Shown here: piece after piece, positions 1-6,998 of the stretch
Layout of the letters: each line of letters opens with the position of its first letter
Position numbering within the stretch: position 1 is the stretch's first letter
IMG/VR virus record: IMGVR_UViG_3300045988_085428
Span: 1 to 36,649 of that record
Source: a virus
DNA: 36,649 nucleotides
Strand: one strand, 5' to 3'
The notes under the pieces: generated by a model
What the model saw: only the letters and a program-made list of their open reading frames with translations
Told to the model about the DNA's origin: nothing
Databases searched by the model: none
Program-made: the position numbers and the translations under genes

Positions 1-55
1 TTATGGATATCTGATTGATAGCCGTTAAAAATGCGGCTATCGATACTGCTACGAT
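1..55. repeat. Terminal direct repeat, copy 1 (identical to 36595-36649)
   Basis: Read directly: ttatggatatctgattgatagccgttaaaaatgcggctatcgatactgctacgat occurs at both ends of the window. Confidence 0.98.
14..44. terminator. Hairpin between convergent genes (same sequence as 36608-36638 because of the terminal repeat)
   Basis: Stem attGATAGCCG / CGGCTATCgat with a 9-nt loop. It lies between the stop of 36364-36591 (+) and the stop of 83-475 (-). There is no long T-run on either side. Confidence 0.45.
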
Positions 56-82
56 CGATACTCCATCAGCCATCTCCTTACC

Positions 83-475
83 TCACTCCCTATTTTTTAT
101 CTGGCATTGTAATGCCTTAAACTTTGGTAATGTGCGCACATCCATTTTTAAGGTTAATTCCGGACTTGATTCCCCTCCCTTATGGACAAGGTTAAATCTG
201 GTGATGCCTTTTAACATCATTCCATCCAAAAACAGGTGACCATCTTTAATCTCTAACTGATTTAAAGCACTGCTCATCTTTCTTTGTCTCACTTTCTCAT
301 CGAAATCTCCAATGGAAATAGCACAATCTTTTATACTAACCTCCTTCGTTTGTGGTGCGGCACCGGTGTATTGAATTGTATATTCTTCAACTTCCCTCAT
401 ACACTTCCCACATATCGGACAATAATTAGCTTCTTCTGGAAGCTCTGTGAAACATATTGGACAAATTCTTTTCAT
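83..475 (-). CDS. Zinc-ribbon domain protein, 130 aa, function unknown
   Basis: ATG preceded by GGAGAGGTGA. The N-terminus reads CPIC-x12-CPIC (two CxxC pairs). The C-terminal roughly 90 aa were not recognised. TGA stop. Confidence 0.7.
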   Translation of the reverse strand: MKRICPICFTELPEEANYCPICGKCMREVEEYTIQYTGAAPQTKEVSIKDCAISIGDFDEKVRQRKMSSALNQLEIKDGHLFLDGMMLKGITRFNLVHKGGESSPELTLKMDVRTLPKFKALQCQIKNRE

Positions 476-513
476 CTCATATCACCTCTCCCCTTCTTCA
501 TCTGTTGCAAATA

Positions 514-542
514 TTGAACTTTATTTCCCGATATGATAAAAT
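514..542 (+). promoter_or_regulatory. Sigma-70-type promoter for 574-1305
   Basis: TTGAAC (514-519), 17-nt spacer, TG (534-535), TAAAAT (537-542). AAGAAGG RBS lies 8 nt before the ATG at 574. Confidence 0.6.
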
Positions 543-573
543 TCTTTCATAAATTACGAAAGAAGGTTTTATC

Positions 574-1305
574 ATGAACAATACTTCTCTAGCCGATTCT
601 TACCTGAAGTTATCTGGTTTAGATTCTGCATTATCCAAATTAGTATCCGAATTTGCCGCTACCCAATTACAAAGCCTCGGCGCAAATTCTCTGAAAAATT
701 CATTGGACATTTTTCAGTCCTCTTTATCTTCTATATCACAGTTGGCTTCTGATATTACATTCACCCCTGAGCTTCAAAAAGCATTAGACTCACTGATTTC
801 GTCCATTGGTTCAACATCTTCTCAATCTTTAGCTTCTGTTATTTCAAGCGCTCTTCTTGATTTTGCAAAGTCTTCTGACGCTTGCTTTTCTGCTTCAGAA
901 GACTTTGTAACATTGAACAAACCTGAAATAAAAGAACTCACTGTTCCTGAAACCATTGCAGTTCCTATTGGAAATAAACGCATCCGAATGTCAACAAATA
1001 TGCTTATTGCTATTATCGGGAGCATTCTTCTTCCCTTATTTTTTCATTTAACTGATACTATTATCAGTCTCCACCAATCTGCCGCTGAAACAAAGCTCGA
1101 ACAACAACGCCTTGAAATTGAACAAGAGCGAAATAATCTTATTCGTGAAAGAAACGAACTTTACAAACAATGCTATAATCTTTTTCAATCTTTAGATTCT
1201 TCACAGTCTTCGCAATCAGAATCTATCGAATCTTGGAAAGAATCTCTTCCTCCAATTGATTTGTGTCCTGAAGAATTTGATTCAAATCCTGATTCAGCTC
1301 GATAG
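574..1305 (+). CDS. Membrane protein, 243 aa: Ser/Leu-rich N-terminal half, one TM helix, coiled-coil and acidic tail; lysogeny-strand moron
   Basis: The ORF has its own promoter, RBS and downstream terminator. TM segment LIAIIGSILLPLFFHL; coiled-coil stretch KLEQQRLEIEQERNNLIRERNELYKQ. No family recognised. Confidence 0.75.
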   Translation: MNNTSLADSYLKLSGLDSALSKLVSEFAATQLQSLGANSLKNSLDIFQSSLSSISQLASDITFTPELQKALDSLISSIGSTSSQSLASVISSALLDFAKSSDACFSASEDFVTLNKPEIKELTVPETIAVPIGNKRIRMSTNMLIAIIGSILLPLFFHLTDTIISLHQSAAETKLEQQRLEIEQERNNLIRERNELYKQCYNLFQSLDSSQSSQSESIESWKESLPPIDLCPEEFDSNPDSAR

Positions 1306-1453
1306 TTTGTCTGTAATAACTCATAACCGAACAATACTGTCTTGTTTGTGTAATAGAGAAAAAAATCACGTTAATCAGCGTCACCGTTATAAGAAGTTGC
1401 AAATAGAAAGTCTTTTTCTTAAGGCTTTCTATTTCTTTTTTCATCTGTTCCAC
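1223..1453 (-). CDS. Possible small membrane protein (GTG at 1453 or ATG at 1444), doubtful
   Basis: The ORF directly follows the Cro-like gene and has one hydrophobic segment. Against it: weak RBS, an 83-nt antisense overlap with the 3' end of 574-1305, and the plus-strand terminator 1401-1441 inside it. Confidence 0.3.
   Translation of the reverse strand: MEQMKKEIESLKKKTFYLQLLITVTLINVIFFSITQTRQYCSVMSYYRQTIELNQDLNQILQDTNQLEEEILSKIR
1401..1441 (+). terminator. Rho-independent terminator of 574-1305
   Basis: Perfect 10-bp stem AAATAGAAAG / CTTTCTATTT (1401-1410 / 1425-1434) followed by CTTTTTT. The stem is AT-rich, so its strength is uncertain. Confidence 0.5.
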
Positions 1454-1678
1454 TTAATCACCTCTTTCCGTATCGGTTGGACAAAATATAATCGGATCCA
1501 GTTCCAAGTGCTTACACAACGCTAAAAATTCATCTACTCGCAAATCTCGATCTCTTTTTTCATTTGCAACACTGTCATATAACGCCATGTAAGGCACTCC
1601 TGTTTTCCTTGAAATTTCTGAGAGATTAAATCCTTTTTTTCTGATATACTCAGAAATTTGTTTTGTTGCTCCGTCCAT
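1454..1678 (-). CDS. Cro-like XRE-family HTH regulator, 74 aa
   Basis: AGAGGTGA RBS. HTH stretch FNLSEISRKTGVPYMALYDSV. Divergent from the cI-like gene across the operator region. Confidence 0.8.
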   Translation of the reverse strand: MDGATKQISEYIRKKGFNLSEISRKTGVPYMALYDSVANEKRDRDLRVDEFLALCKHLELDPIIFCPTDTERGD

Positions 1679-1690
1679 TTTTTCACCTCT

Positions 1691-1707
1691 TTCTAAGTTT
1701 CTTAGAA
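1691..1707. promoter_or_regulatory. Operator O1 (17 bp, perfect palindrome)
   Basis: TTCTAAGtttCTTAGAA. Lies in the leader of the Cro-like gene. Confidence 0.65.
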
Positions 1708-1716
1708 CTTGATTGT

Positions 1717-1745
1717 ATGATATTCTTATTTTCTTAGAATGTCAA
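1717..1745 (-). promoter_or_regulatory. Early lytic promoter (minus strand)
   Basis: On the minus strand: TTGACA (1745-1740), 17-nt spacer, TATCAT (1722-1717). The spacer is exactly operator O2. Confidence 0.6.
1723..1739. promoter_or_regulatory. Operator O2 (17 bp)
   Basis: TTCTTATTTTCTTAGAA. Shares the CTTAGAA half-site and the TTCT start with O1. Confidence 0.6.
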
Positions 1746-1752
1746 TACTTTT

Positions 1753-1769
1753 TTCTGATTTTCTTAGAA
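1753..1769. promoter_or_regulatory. Operator O3 (17 bp)
   Basis: TTCTGATTTTCTTAGAA. Ends 6 nt upstream of the -35 element of the repressor promoter. Confidence 0.6.
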
Positions 1770-1775
1770 ATTTTA

Positions 1776-1804
1776 TTGACACGTTAAAACCTCGGTGTTA
1801 TATT
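1776..1804 (+). promoter_or_regulatory. Promoter of the repressor operon (plus strand)
   Basis: TTGACA (1776-1781), 17-nt spacer containing TG (1796-1797), TATATT (1799-1804). Confidence 0.65.
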
Positions 1805-1846
1805 CAAGATACAGAAATAAATAAGAAGCAAATCGGAGGGAAAACT

Positions 1847-2179
1847 ATGAAAAGTTCCATTGGTGAAATATTAAAAAAATGTAGACTTGAATCCGGAAAA
1901 TCAGTAAAGGATATTTCTGATTTGTTAATTTCTAAAGGTTTTAAAGCATCCGAAAAAACTATTTATAGTTGGGAAAGCGGAAATAGTCAACCAACGCCAG
2001 ATGCATTACTGATAATGTGCAAAGCTTATGGTATATCTGACGTTTTAAGCACATTCGGATATGCAGAACCTTCTGAACCAACTACCCTCGCCGCCCACTT
2101 TGACGGTGAAGAATATACAGAATCCGAAATGGAAGAAATCAAAAATTTTGCTGATTTTGTGAAAAATAGAAGAAAATGA
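1847..2179 (+). CDS. cI-like XRE-family HTH repressor, 110 aa
   Basis: ATG at 1847 preceded by GGAGGG. HTH stretch KSVKDISDLLISKGFKASEKTIYSWESG. The longer track ORF starting at 1739 begins inside an operator and upstream of the promoter. Confidence 0.85.
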   Translation: MKSSIGEILKKCRLESGKSVKDISDLLISKGFKASEKTIYSWESGNSQPTPDALLIMCKAYGISDVLSTFGYAEPSEPTTLAAHFDGEEYTESEMEEIKNFADFVKNRRK

Positions 2180-2209
2180 TAATGGCATTGGAAACATTGA
2201 GGTGCTAAC

Positions 2210-2674
2210 GTGAATAAATTTGAAAAATTAGAAGATGTAGCTTATCAAGATGATGTCGATGTTTTAAATTACCGTTTTGAAAGCAATAACATAAAAGGAC
2301 TGTATTGTGATGGTGTTATTGCCATCCGAGAAGACATGACCATTCCGGAAAAGACCTGTGCTTTAGCTGAAGAACTCGGACACCACGAAACATCTGTCGG
2401 AAATATCCTCGATATGACATCTGCTGTCAACCGAAAGCAGGAACGTCAGGCAAGACTTTGGGCATACAATAAGCAGATCGGTCTGATCGGACTGGTACGA
2501 GCCTTTGAGCATGGCTGCCAGAACCGGTTTGAGATTGCAGAATACCTGGAAGTGACAGAAGAATTTCTGGAAGAATGTATTGAGTGTTACCGGAATAAGT
2601 ACGGGATCTGTAAACGGGTAGATAATTATGTGGTGTATTTTATACCGCAGTTGTCTGTGATGAAATTGGTATAA
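2210..2674 (+). CDS. ImmA/IrrE-like (COG2856-type) protein, 154 aa
   Basis: GTG start after GAGGTG. Lies immediately downstream of the HTH repressor, as in ImmR/ImmA pairs. The motif region reads LAEELGHHETS. Confidence 0.7.
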   Translation: MNKFEKLEDVAYQDDVDVLNYRFESNNIKGLYCDGVIAIREDMTIPEKTCALAEELGHHETSVGNILDMTSAVNRKQERQARLWAYNKQIGLIGLVRAFEHGCQNRFEIAEYLEVTEEFLEECIECYRNKYGICKRVDNYVVYFIPQLSVMKLV

Positions 2675-2720
2675 CCGCATATGCGATTATATAGAAACAC
2701 TTTTTATGAGGAGGAAAATT

Positions 2721-3218
2721 ATGAAAAAGAAACTTGTAGCATTGATTCTGATCGGAAGCATGGCACTGTCATTTACAGCCTGCGGCAATAGCTCCGATTC
2801 ATCAAAAGAAACAAAGGAAACATCCAAAAAGACAGAGGCGTCTGCTGAAACTCCAAAAGAGGAAGCAAAGGAAGAAGTCAAAGAACCTGTCGTGCTGACC
2901 GGAAAATGGGAATATAAAGATGATGACGGTACTTGGATGCAGGCAGATATTACAGAGGATACCATCACAATAAACTGGATTATGGATGAGGGGAATACAA
3001 CTGCTGTTTACTGGGTTGGAACCTATACTGCTCCTACAGAATATTCTGAAGAATATACTTGGACATCTACCAGAGACAAAGAAGCAACCGATTCCGCTCT
3101 TCTTGCTTCTCTGGATGATACAAAAGAGTTTTCTTATTCTGATTCAAGCAAACAGATTACCTATCAGGTAACAGTTTCCGGAATAACAAAAACTATAACT
3201 CTTGAGCAGACAGAATAA
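2721..3218 (+). CDS. Secreted lipoprotein, 165 aa (moron in the lysogeny operon)
   Basis: GAGGAGG RBS. Signal peptide MKKKLVALILIGSMALSFTAC with a lipobox-like FTAC, followed by an acidic/lysine-rich linker. Confidence 0.8.
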   Translation: MKKKLVALILIGSMALSFTACGNSSDSSKETKETSKKTEASAETPKEEAKEEVKEPVVLTGKWEYKDDDGTWMQADITEDTITINWIMDEGNTTAVYWVGTYTAPTEYSEEYTWTSTRDKEATDSALLASLDDTKEFSYSDSSKQITYQVTVSGITKTITLEQTE

Positions 3219-3270
3219 TCTAAATAAAAGAACCGCTCCTGCGCCAACAGGAACGGCTCAAGACTAATGC

Positions 3271-3318
3271 CCCGAAGGATACACCAGTACGTTCAATAAT
3301 TAGTGTATCATCTTCGGG
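3271..3318 (+). other. Long imperfect hairpin (14 bp of stem with a 2-nt bulge)
   Basis: CCCGAAG-GATACAC / GTGTATC-at-CTTCGGG with an 18-nt loop. Preceded by a weaker hairpin at 3233-3256. Confidence 0.5.
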
Positions 3319-3364
3319 CAGCCACCGCAAGCAGAACAACCGTTCTTTGCTGGCTGTATTTTTT
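3319..3364 (+). terminator. Rho-independent terminator 26 nt upstream of the int start
   Basis: Outer stem CAGCCA / TGGCTG, inner stem GCAA..AGAAC / GTTCTTTGC, followed by TATTTTTT. Confidence 0.65.
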
Positions 3365-3390
3365 ATACCCATTTTTAAGGAGATGATATC

Positions 3391-4554
3391 ATGGCACGCA
3401 GAAAGAAATATCCAAAACTGCCAAATGGCTACGGATCCATAAAACGATTATCCGGCAAGAACAGAACGAACCCTTATGGAGTTTACCCGCCAACTACAGA
3501 ATTTACTGAAGACGGGATTCCTGTCCCTGTGAAAGCACTCTGTTACGTGGATGACTGGTACAAAGGATTTACCGTACTTACCTGGTACAGAAATGGAGAA
3601 TATTACCCCGGAAGAGAGAAAGAGTTGACTGAGTCTGGCAGTTCCAATCTGGACGGACTGATTGCAAAAATATTAGGAAAATATACGCAGTCGCAACGAG
3701 AGCTTGCGGATCAGAAAACATTTGAAGATGTATTTAAGGAATTTTATTTATGGAAATTCAAGAAGGAATATACAACAAAGCGAGGAAAGCGTACATCATC
3801 CGAACGTAGTTACCGTGCAGCTTTTAAAAATTGTAGCAAATTACATAAAAACCCTTTTCGGGCTTTAACAACGGATGATCTACAAAAAACTATGGATGAG
3901 TGTGCAGAAAAAGGATTAAAACATTCTTCATTGGAACTGGTTAAAAATCTGTATACTCAGATGTATAAGTACGCAGATGCAAATGACTTATGTGATAAAA
4001 AATATTCTGATTATGTCAAAATTGGAATCCCGGATGACGATGAACATGGAGTCCCGTTCTCTGATGAAGATTTAAAAATATTATGGGCGCACAAGGAGAA
4101 TGACATTATAAAAGTACTTCTGATAAATTGCTATTCTGGTTTTAGAATTTCGGAATTTATAAATTTGGAGATAAATCTTGAAGAAAGATATTTACGCGGC
4201 GGATTAAAAACAGATGCTGGAAGAAACAGATATGTTCCTATTCATTCGGCTATCTTTCCACTGGTGGAATATATGGTAGAGAAATACAGTTGTATTTTAT
4301 TTTGCTCGGTAGATGATTTCCGTGAAAAAATGTATGAAACGTTAGATATGCTAGGGATCGAAAAGCACACGCCACACGATTGCAGACACACTTTCAATAT
4401 GCTGTGCGATGAATACAAAGTGAACGAACGGGATAAAAAACTTATGCTTGGTCATGCTTTTTCTGATGTAACAAACAAAGTTTATTTGCATCGAAGTATC
4501 AAAAATTTGAACGCAGAGATAGAGAAAATACAGATATCTCACTTCTGTCACTAA
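3391..4554 (+). CDS. int: Tyrosine site-specific integrase, 387 aa
   Basis: AAGGAG RBS. The C-terminal catalytic region contains FRISE, HDCRHTF, LGHA and VYLH (R...HxxR...H...Y pattern). Confidence 0.9.
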   Translation: MARRKKYPKLPNGYGSIKRLSGKNRTNPYGVYPPTTEFTEDGIPVPVKALCYVDDWYKGFTVLTWYRNGEYYPGREKELTESGSSNLDGLIAKILGKYTQSQRELADQKTFEDVFKEFYLWKFKKEYTTKRGKRTSSERSYRAAFKNCSKLHKNPFRALTTDDLQKTMDECAEKGLKHSSLELVKNLYTQMYKYADANDLCDKKYSDYVKIGIPDDDEHGVPFSDEDLKILWAHKENDIIKVLLINCYSGFRISEFINLEINLEERYLRGGLKTDAGRNRYVPIHSAIFPLVEYMVEKYSCILFCSVDDFREKMYETLDMLGIEKHTPHDCRHTFNMLCDEYKVNERDKKLMLGHAFSDVTNKVYLHRSIKNLNAEIEKIQISHFCH

Positions 4555-4567
4555 CGTGTCGCTAACG
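4546..4567 (+). repeat. Tandem 11-mers TGTCACTAACG TGTCGCTAACG (candidate integrase arm sites, left set)
   Basis: Read directly. Overlaps the int stop codon. The same two 11-mers recur in swapped order at 4756-4777. Confidence 0.6.
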
Positions 4568-4615
4568 AATTGCTTTAATTTACTTTTTATTGTAAAAATA
4601 TGTTTCACTTCAAAT

Positions 4616-4650
4616 GCCCGTAAACGCCCATTTTTCAAGGGTTTACGGGC
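4616..4650. other. Perfect 10-bp-stem hairpin in the centre of the candidate attP
   Basis: GCCCGTAAAC / GTTTACGGGC with a 15-nt loop. No clear T-run follows on either strand. Confidence 0.5.
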
Positions 4651-4755
4651 ATTATACTGTAAATATCAATACTTCTTAAAAAAACAAGTTTTTTAAGTTT
4701 AGGTTAAATCTTATTTTTTTTAAACAACGTATTTTCAAGGATTTTCAGCATTTCG

Positions 4756-4777
4756 TGTCGCTAACGTGTCACTAACG
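4756..4777 (+). repeat. Tandem 11-mers TGTCGCTAACG TGTCACTAACG (candidate integrase arm sites, right set)
   Basis: Read directly. Followed by GTTAGT, which forms the palindrome ACTAACgGTTAGT. Confidence 0.6.
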
Positions 4778-4895
4778 GTTAGTTTTAATTCAACTTTAAA
4801 AAACCAAATCTGCCACAATTCGTTGTATCTATTTCACACGAAGTTTCTGTCCCACGTAAATTAAATTCGGGTTGAATAGCTTCTCAACTATCCGT

Positions 4896-6239
4896 TTATC
4901 TAAACTGAATAGCTTCAATTCTTAATGCCTGACCAACTGTACCAAGTGTAGAGACACCATCAGCTTTTGTCCAATCCGTCCAGCCTGAATTCTGAACATG
5001 GACACGATATTGGAAATCGCCATTAAAGCACAGACATTCAATTCGCTTGTTCTGTCCTACAGTTCCGATTACGGTATCTTTTGCAACTACGCCGTAGTCT
5101 TTCCAACCGATTCCCTCGATATGAGCTTTCACACCAATCCGTTTATCACCCGGATTGATTTTTAATGCTTCCAGACGGAGATTGTGACCGGTAATACCAA
5201 TTACAGTTTCTGCCGCGCGATCTCCAAGCCATCCTCTATTCTGGACATGCGGATCAACCGCGAACATAGCTTTCTTGATTTCAATCGCCTCGATCTGAAG
5301 ACCTTTTCCTTGCGTGCCAGCCCATTCACCATTGCTCATCCAGTCTGACCAGCCGATATTCTTCTGCTGAACTCTGTACAGATAGCAGGCGTCCTTGCCG
5401 GTAATCTTGATGGATTCAATACGCTTGTTCTGACCTGTTGTTCCAAGGATTGTATCTTTTGTGATATTCTTGTACTCTCTATTACCAATATCTTTGATAT
5501 GGACTGTTACATCTGTTTCTCCAACCGGAATCATTCTGAATGCTTCAATTCGACGATTCTGACCAGTAGATCCAGCCATCTTACCGTCAGACTGCCAGTT
5601 GCACCAACCAATATCTCTTGCATGAACCTGATATGATACGGATCCGAATGCATCTTCCTTATCCTGGAACGTACCACCGGACTTAATAGCTCCATCGATC
5701 TGATCAGTTGACGCTACTGGAGCAATAGCAGAGATACCAAATGCACTAAGGATTCCTCTTGCCAACTCATCTGTCCGATTGTTAAATTTGCTCAAATCGC
5801 CGAAGTTTGTAATAAAACCGTTTTCCAGCAAACGATAGTTATATCCTCTGTAAGCCGAACGATTTACATTGGCAAGATCGTTTCTTCCTACGATTTTATT
5901 TGCACGTCCCGGAAAGAAATTACCAATAAAATTCGAAAGAGCTGTGTCATACTGGTCTGGATTATATCCCTCTTTAATGATTACATGACCACCATTTGCA
6001 GATGCTGATGCACTGTCCATGTGCAGTTCCAAAATCTGATAATCCTTCGGAATATTTAAACTCATGATTCCATTGTCTGCATACCAGTTCCGGTTTGTAT
6101 CTGCTACAGTTACATTACTTCCACCGAGTGCGGCCAGTCTTGCCGCGAGGTATCTTACTCTCTCTGCCTCCGTATATCCATAACCTACGGCTCCACAATC
6201 ACCTGCACCGTGACCAGCTATAACAAATAAATGTACCAT
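4896..6239 (-). CDS. Endolysin: N-acetylmuramoyl-L-alanine amidase (Amidase_3-like) plus six ChW-type repeats, 447 aa
   Basis: The N-terminus has IAGHGAGDCGA...TEAE...ELHMDS. The C-terminal half has six roughly 40-aa repeats of the form GW.dW...G..aGT.Gq..RiEa. Last gene of the late operon, directly after the holin. Confidence 0.9.
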   Translation of the reverse strand: MVHLFVIAGHGAGDCGAVGYGYTEAERVRYLAARLAALGGSNVTVADTNRNWYADNGIMSLNIPKDYQILELHMDSASASANGGHVIIKEGYNPDQYDTALSNFIGNFFPGRANKIVGRNDLANVNRSAYRGYNYRLLENGFITNFGDLSKFNNRTDELARGILSAFGISAIAPVASTDQIDGAIKSGGTFQDKEDAFGSVSYQVHARDIGWCNWQSDGKMAGSTGQNRRIEAFRMIPVGETDVTVHIKDIGNREYKNITKDTILGTTGQNKRIESIKITGKDACYLYRVQQKNIGWSDWMSNGEWAGTQGKGLQIEAIEIKKAMFAVDPHVQNRGWLGDRAAETVIGITGHNLRLEALKINPGDKRIGVKAHIEGIGWKDYGVVAKDTVIGTVGQNKRIECLCFNGDFQYRVHVQNSGWTDWTKADGVSTLGTVGQALRIEAIQFR

Positions 6240-6287
6240 AATATTCTACTCCTTTCAAAAAAGAGGACAATTACTCGCCCTCCATGA

Positions 6288-6608
6288 TTATTCTTTGTAT
6301 TTGCTTCTGTTCCAGATTTCCGTGATCCGTTCCCAGCCCCCGGTGCTTACCAAATACACAATAAATGCTGCCAGAAACGAAGCAAATACATAATACCATT
6401 CAATTACAATCTTGTAGCAGACACATAGAACTACCACTGCCGTCGGTGTCAGGATTAGCGCTACCCCAAGCGCCACCACATTGGTCTGGATCTTTTTCAG
6501 TATCGGCATTTCCTTTATCACCTGTACAACTACGCTCACAAGGAATGCTAAAATTCCGATTCCACCAAGTGCATAGGTAATATACTGCATCAACATTTCC
6601 GTATTCAT
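6288..6608 (-). CDS. Holin, 106 aa, three predicted TM helices
   Basis: Three hydrophobic segments and a charged C-terminus (WNRSKYKE). Lies immediately upstream of the endolysin. Confidence 0.75.
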   Translation of the reverse strand: MNTEMLMQYITYALGGIGILAFLVSVVVQVIKEMPILKKIQTNVVALGVALILTPTAVVVLCVCYKIVIEWYYVFASFLAAFIVYLVSTGGWERITEIWNRSKYKE

Positions 6609-6613
6609 AATCG

Positions 6614-6970
6614 TTACTCTCCTTTTTGTTTTAGATGTAATTCTTCTATTTCCTGTTTCATTTTTGTGATCATGCCATTCCCGCCAAGCCGATGATATGC
6701 TTCATACATCTCACAGAAATTTTCATAAGCATAGCTCGGTATCTTACCAAGCTTCATATATTTCCCGTGATATTCAATTAACTGTACCCTAAGAAGTAAC
6801 ATTGTACCGGCGCTGTTTGCATCCCTTTTTTTACGTTCTTCCGCAATCCGTTCATCACGCTCTTTTGCGTCCTGCACCTGTTTCTTTTTTTGCTCCTGCA
6901 AGAGCCAGACAATATATCCCAATAAGATTGGAAGCGCAATGATATATGTCTGCATCAATACGTCTTTCAC
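6614..6970 (-). CDS. N-terminally membrane-anchored protein in the lysis cassette, 118 aa (start GTG 6970 or ATG 6955)
   Basis: One N-terminal TM helix (YIIALPILLGYIVWLL), then a Lys/Glu-rich stretch. Lies directly upstream of the holin. Confidence 0.6.
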   Translation of the reverse strand: MKDVLMQTYIIALPILLGYIVWLLQEQKKKQVQDAKERDERIAEERKKRDANSAGTMLLLRVQLIEYHGKYMKLGKIPSYAYENFCEMYEAYHRLGGNGMITKMKQEIEELHLKQKGE

Positions 6971-6998
6971 CGCTTTTTCTCTCTTTCAATTTAATTTC

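Noticed and set aside
39-62. Direct repeat ATCGATACT (39-47 and 54-62) next to the junction hairpin
   Set aside because: It is short and AT-neutral, with only two copies in an intergenic tail. It could be chance or part of the terminator context, and there is not enough evidence to assign a function.
15-239. 74-aa plus-strand ORF spanning the terminal repeat and the 3' end of the zinc-ribbon gene
   Set aside because: It runs through the intergenic hairpin, lies antisense to 83-475, and has no RBS. It is most likely spurious.
1739-1846. N-terminal 36-codon extension of the repressor ORF (track ORF 1739-2179)
   Set aside because: The ATG at 1739 lies inside operator O2 and upstream of the promoter (-10 element at 1799-1804), and it has no RBS. 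The ATG at 1847 has a GGAGGG RBS and yields a normal XRE-type N-terminus.
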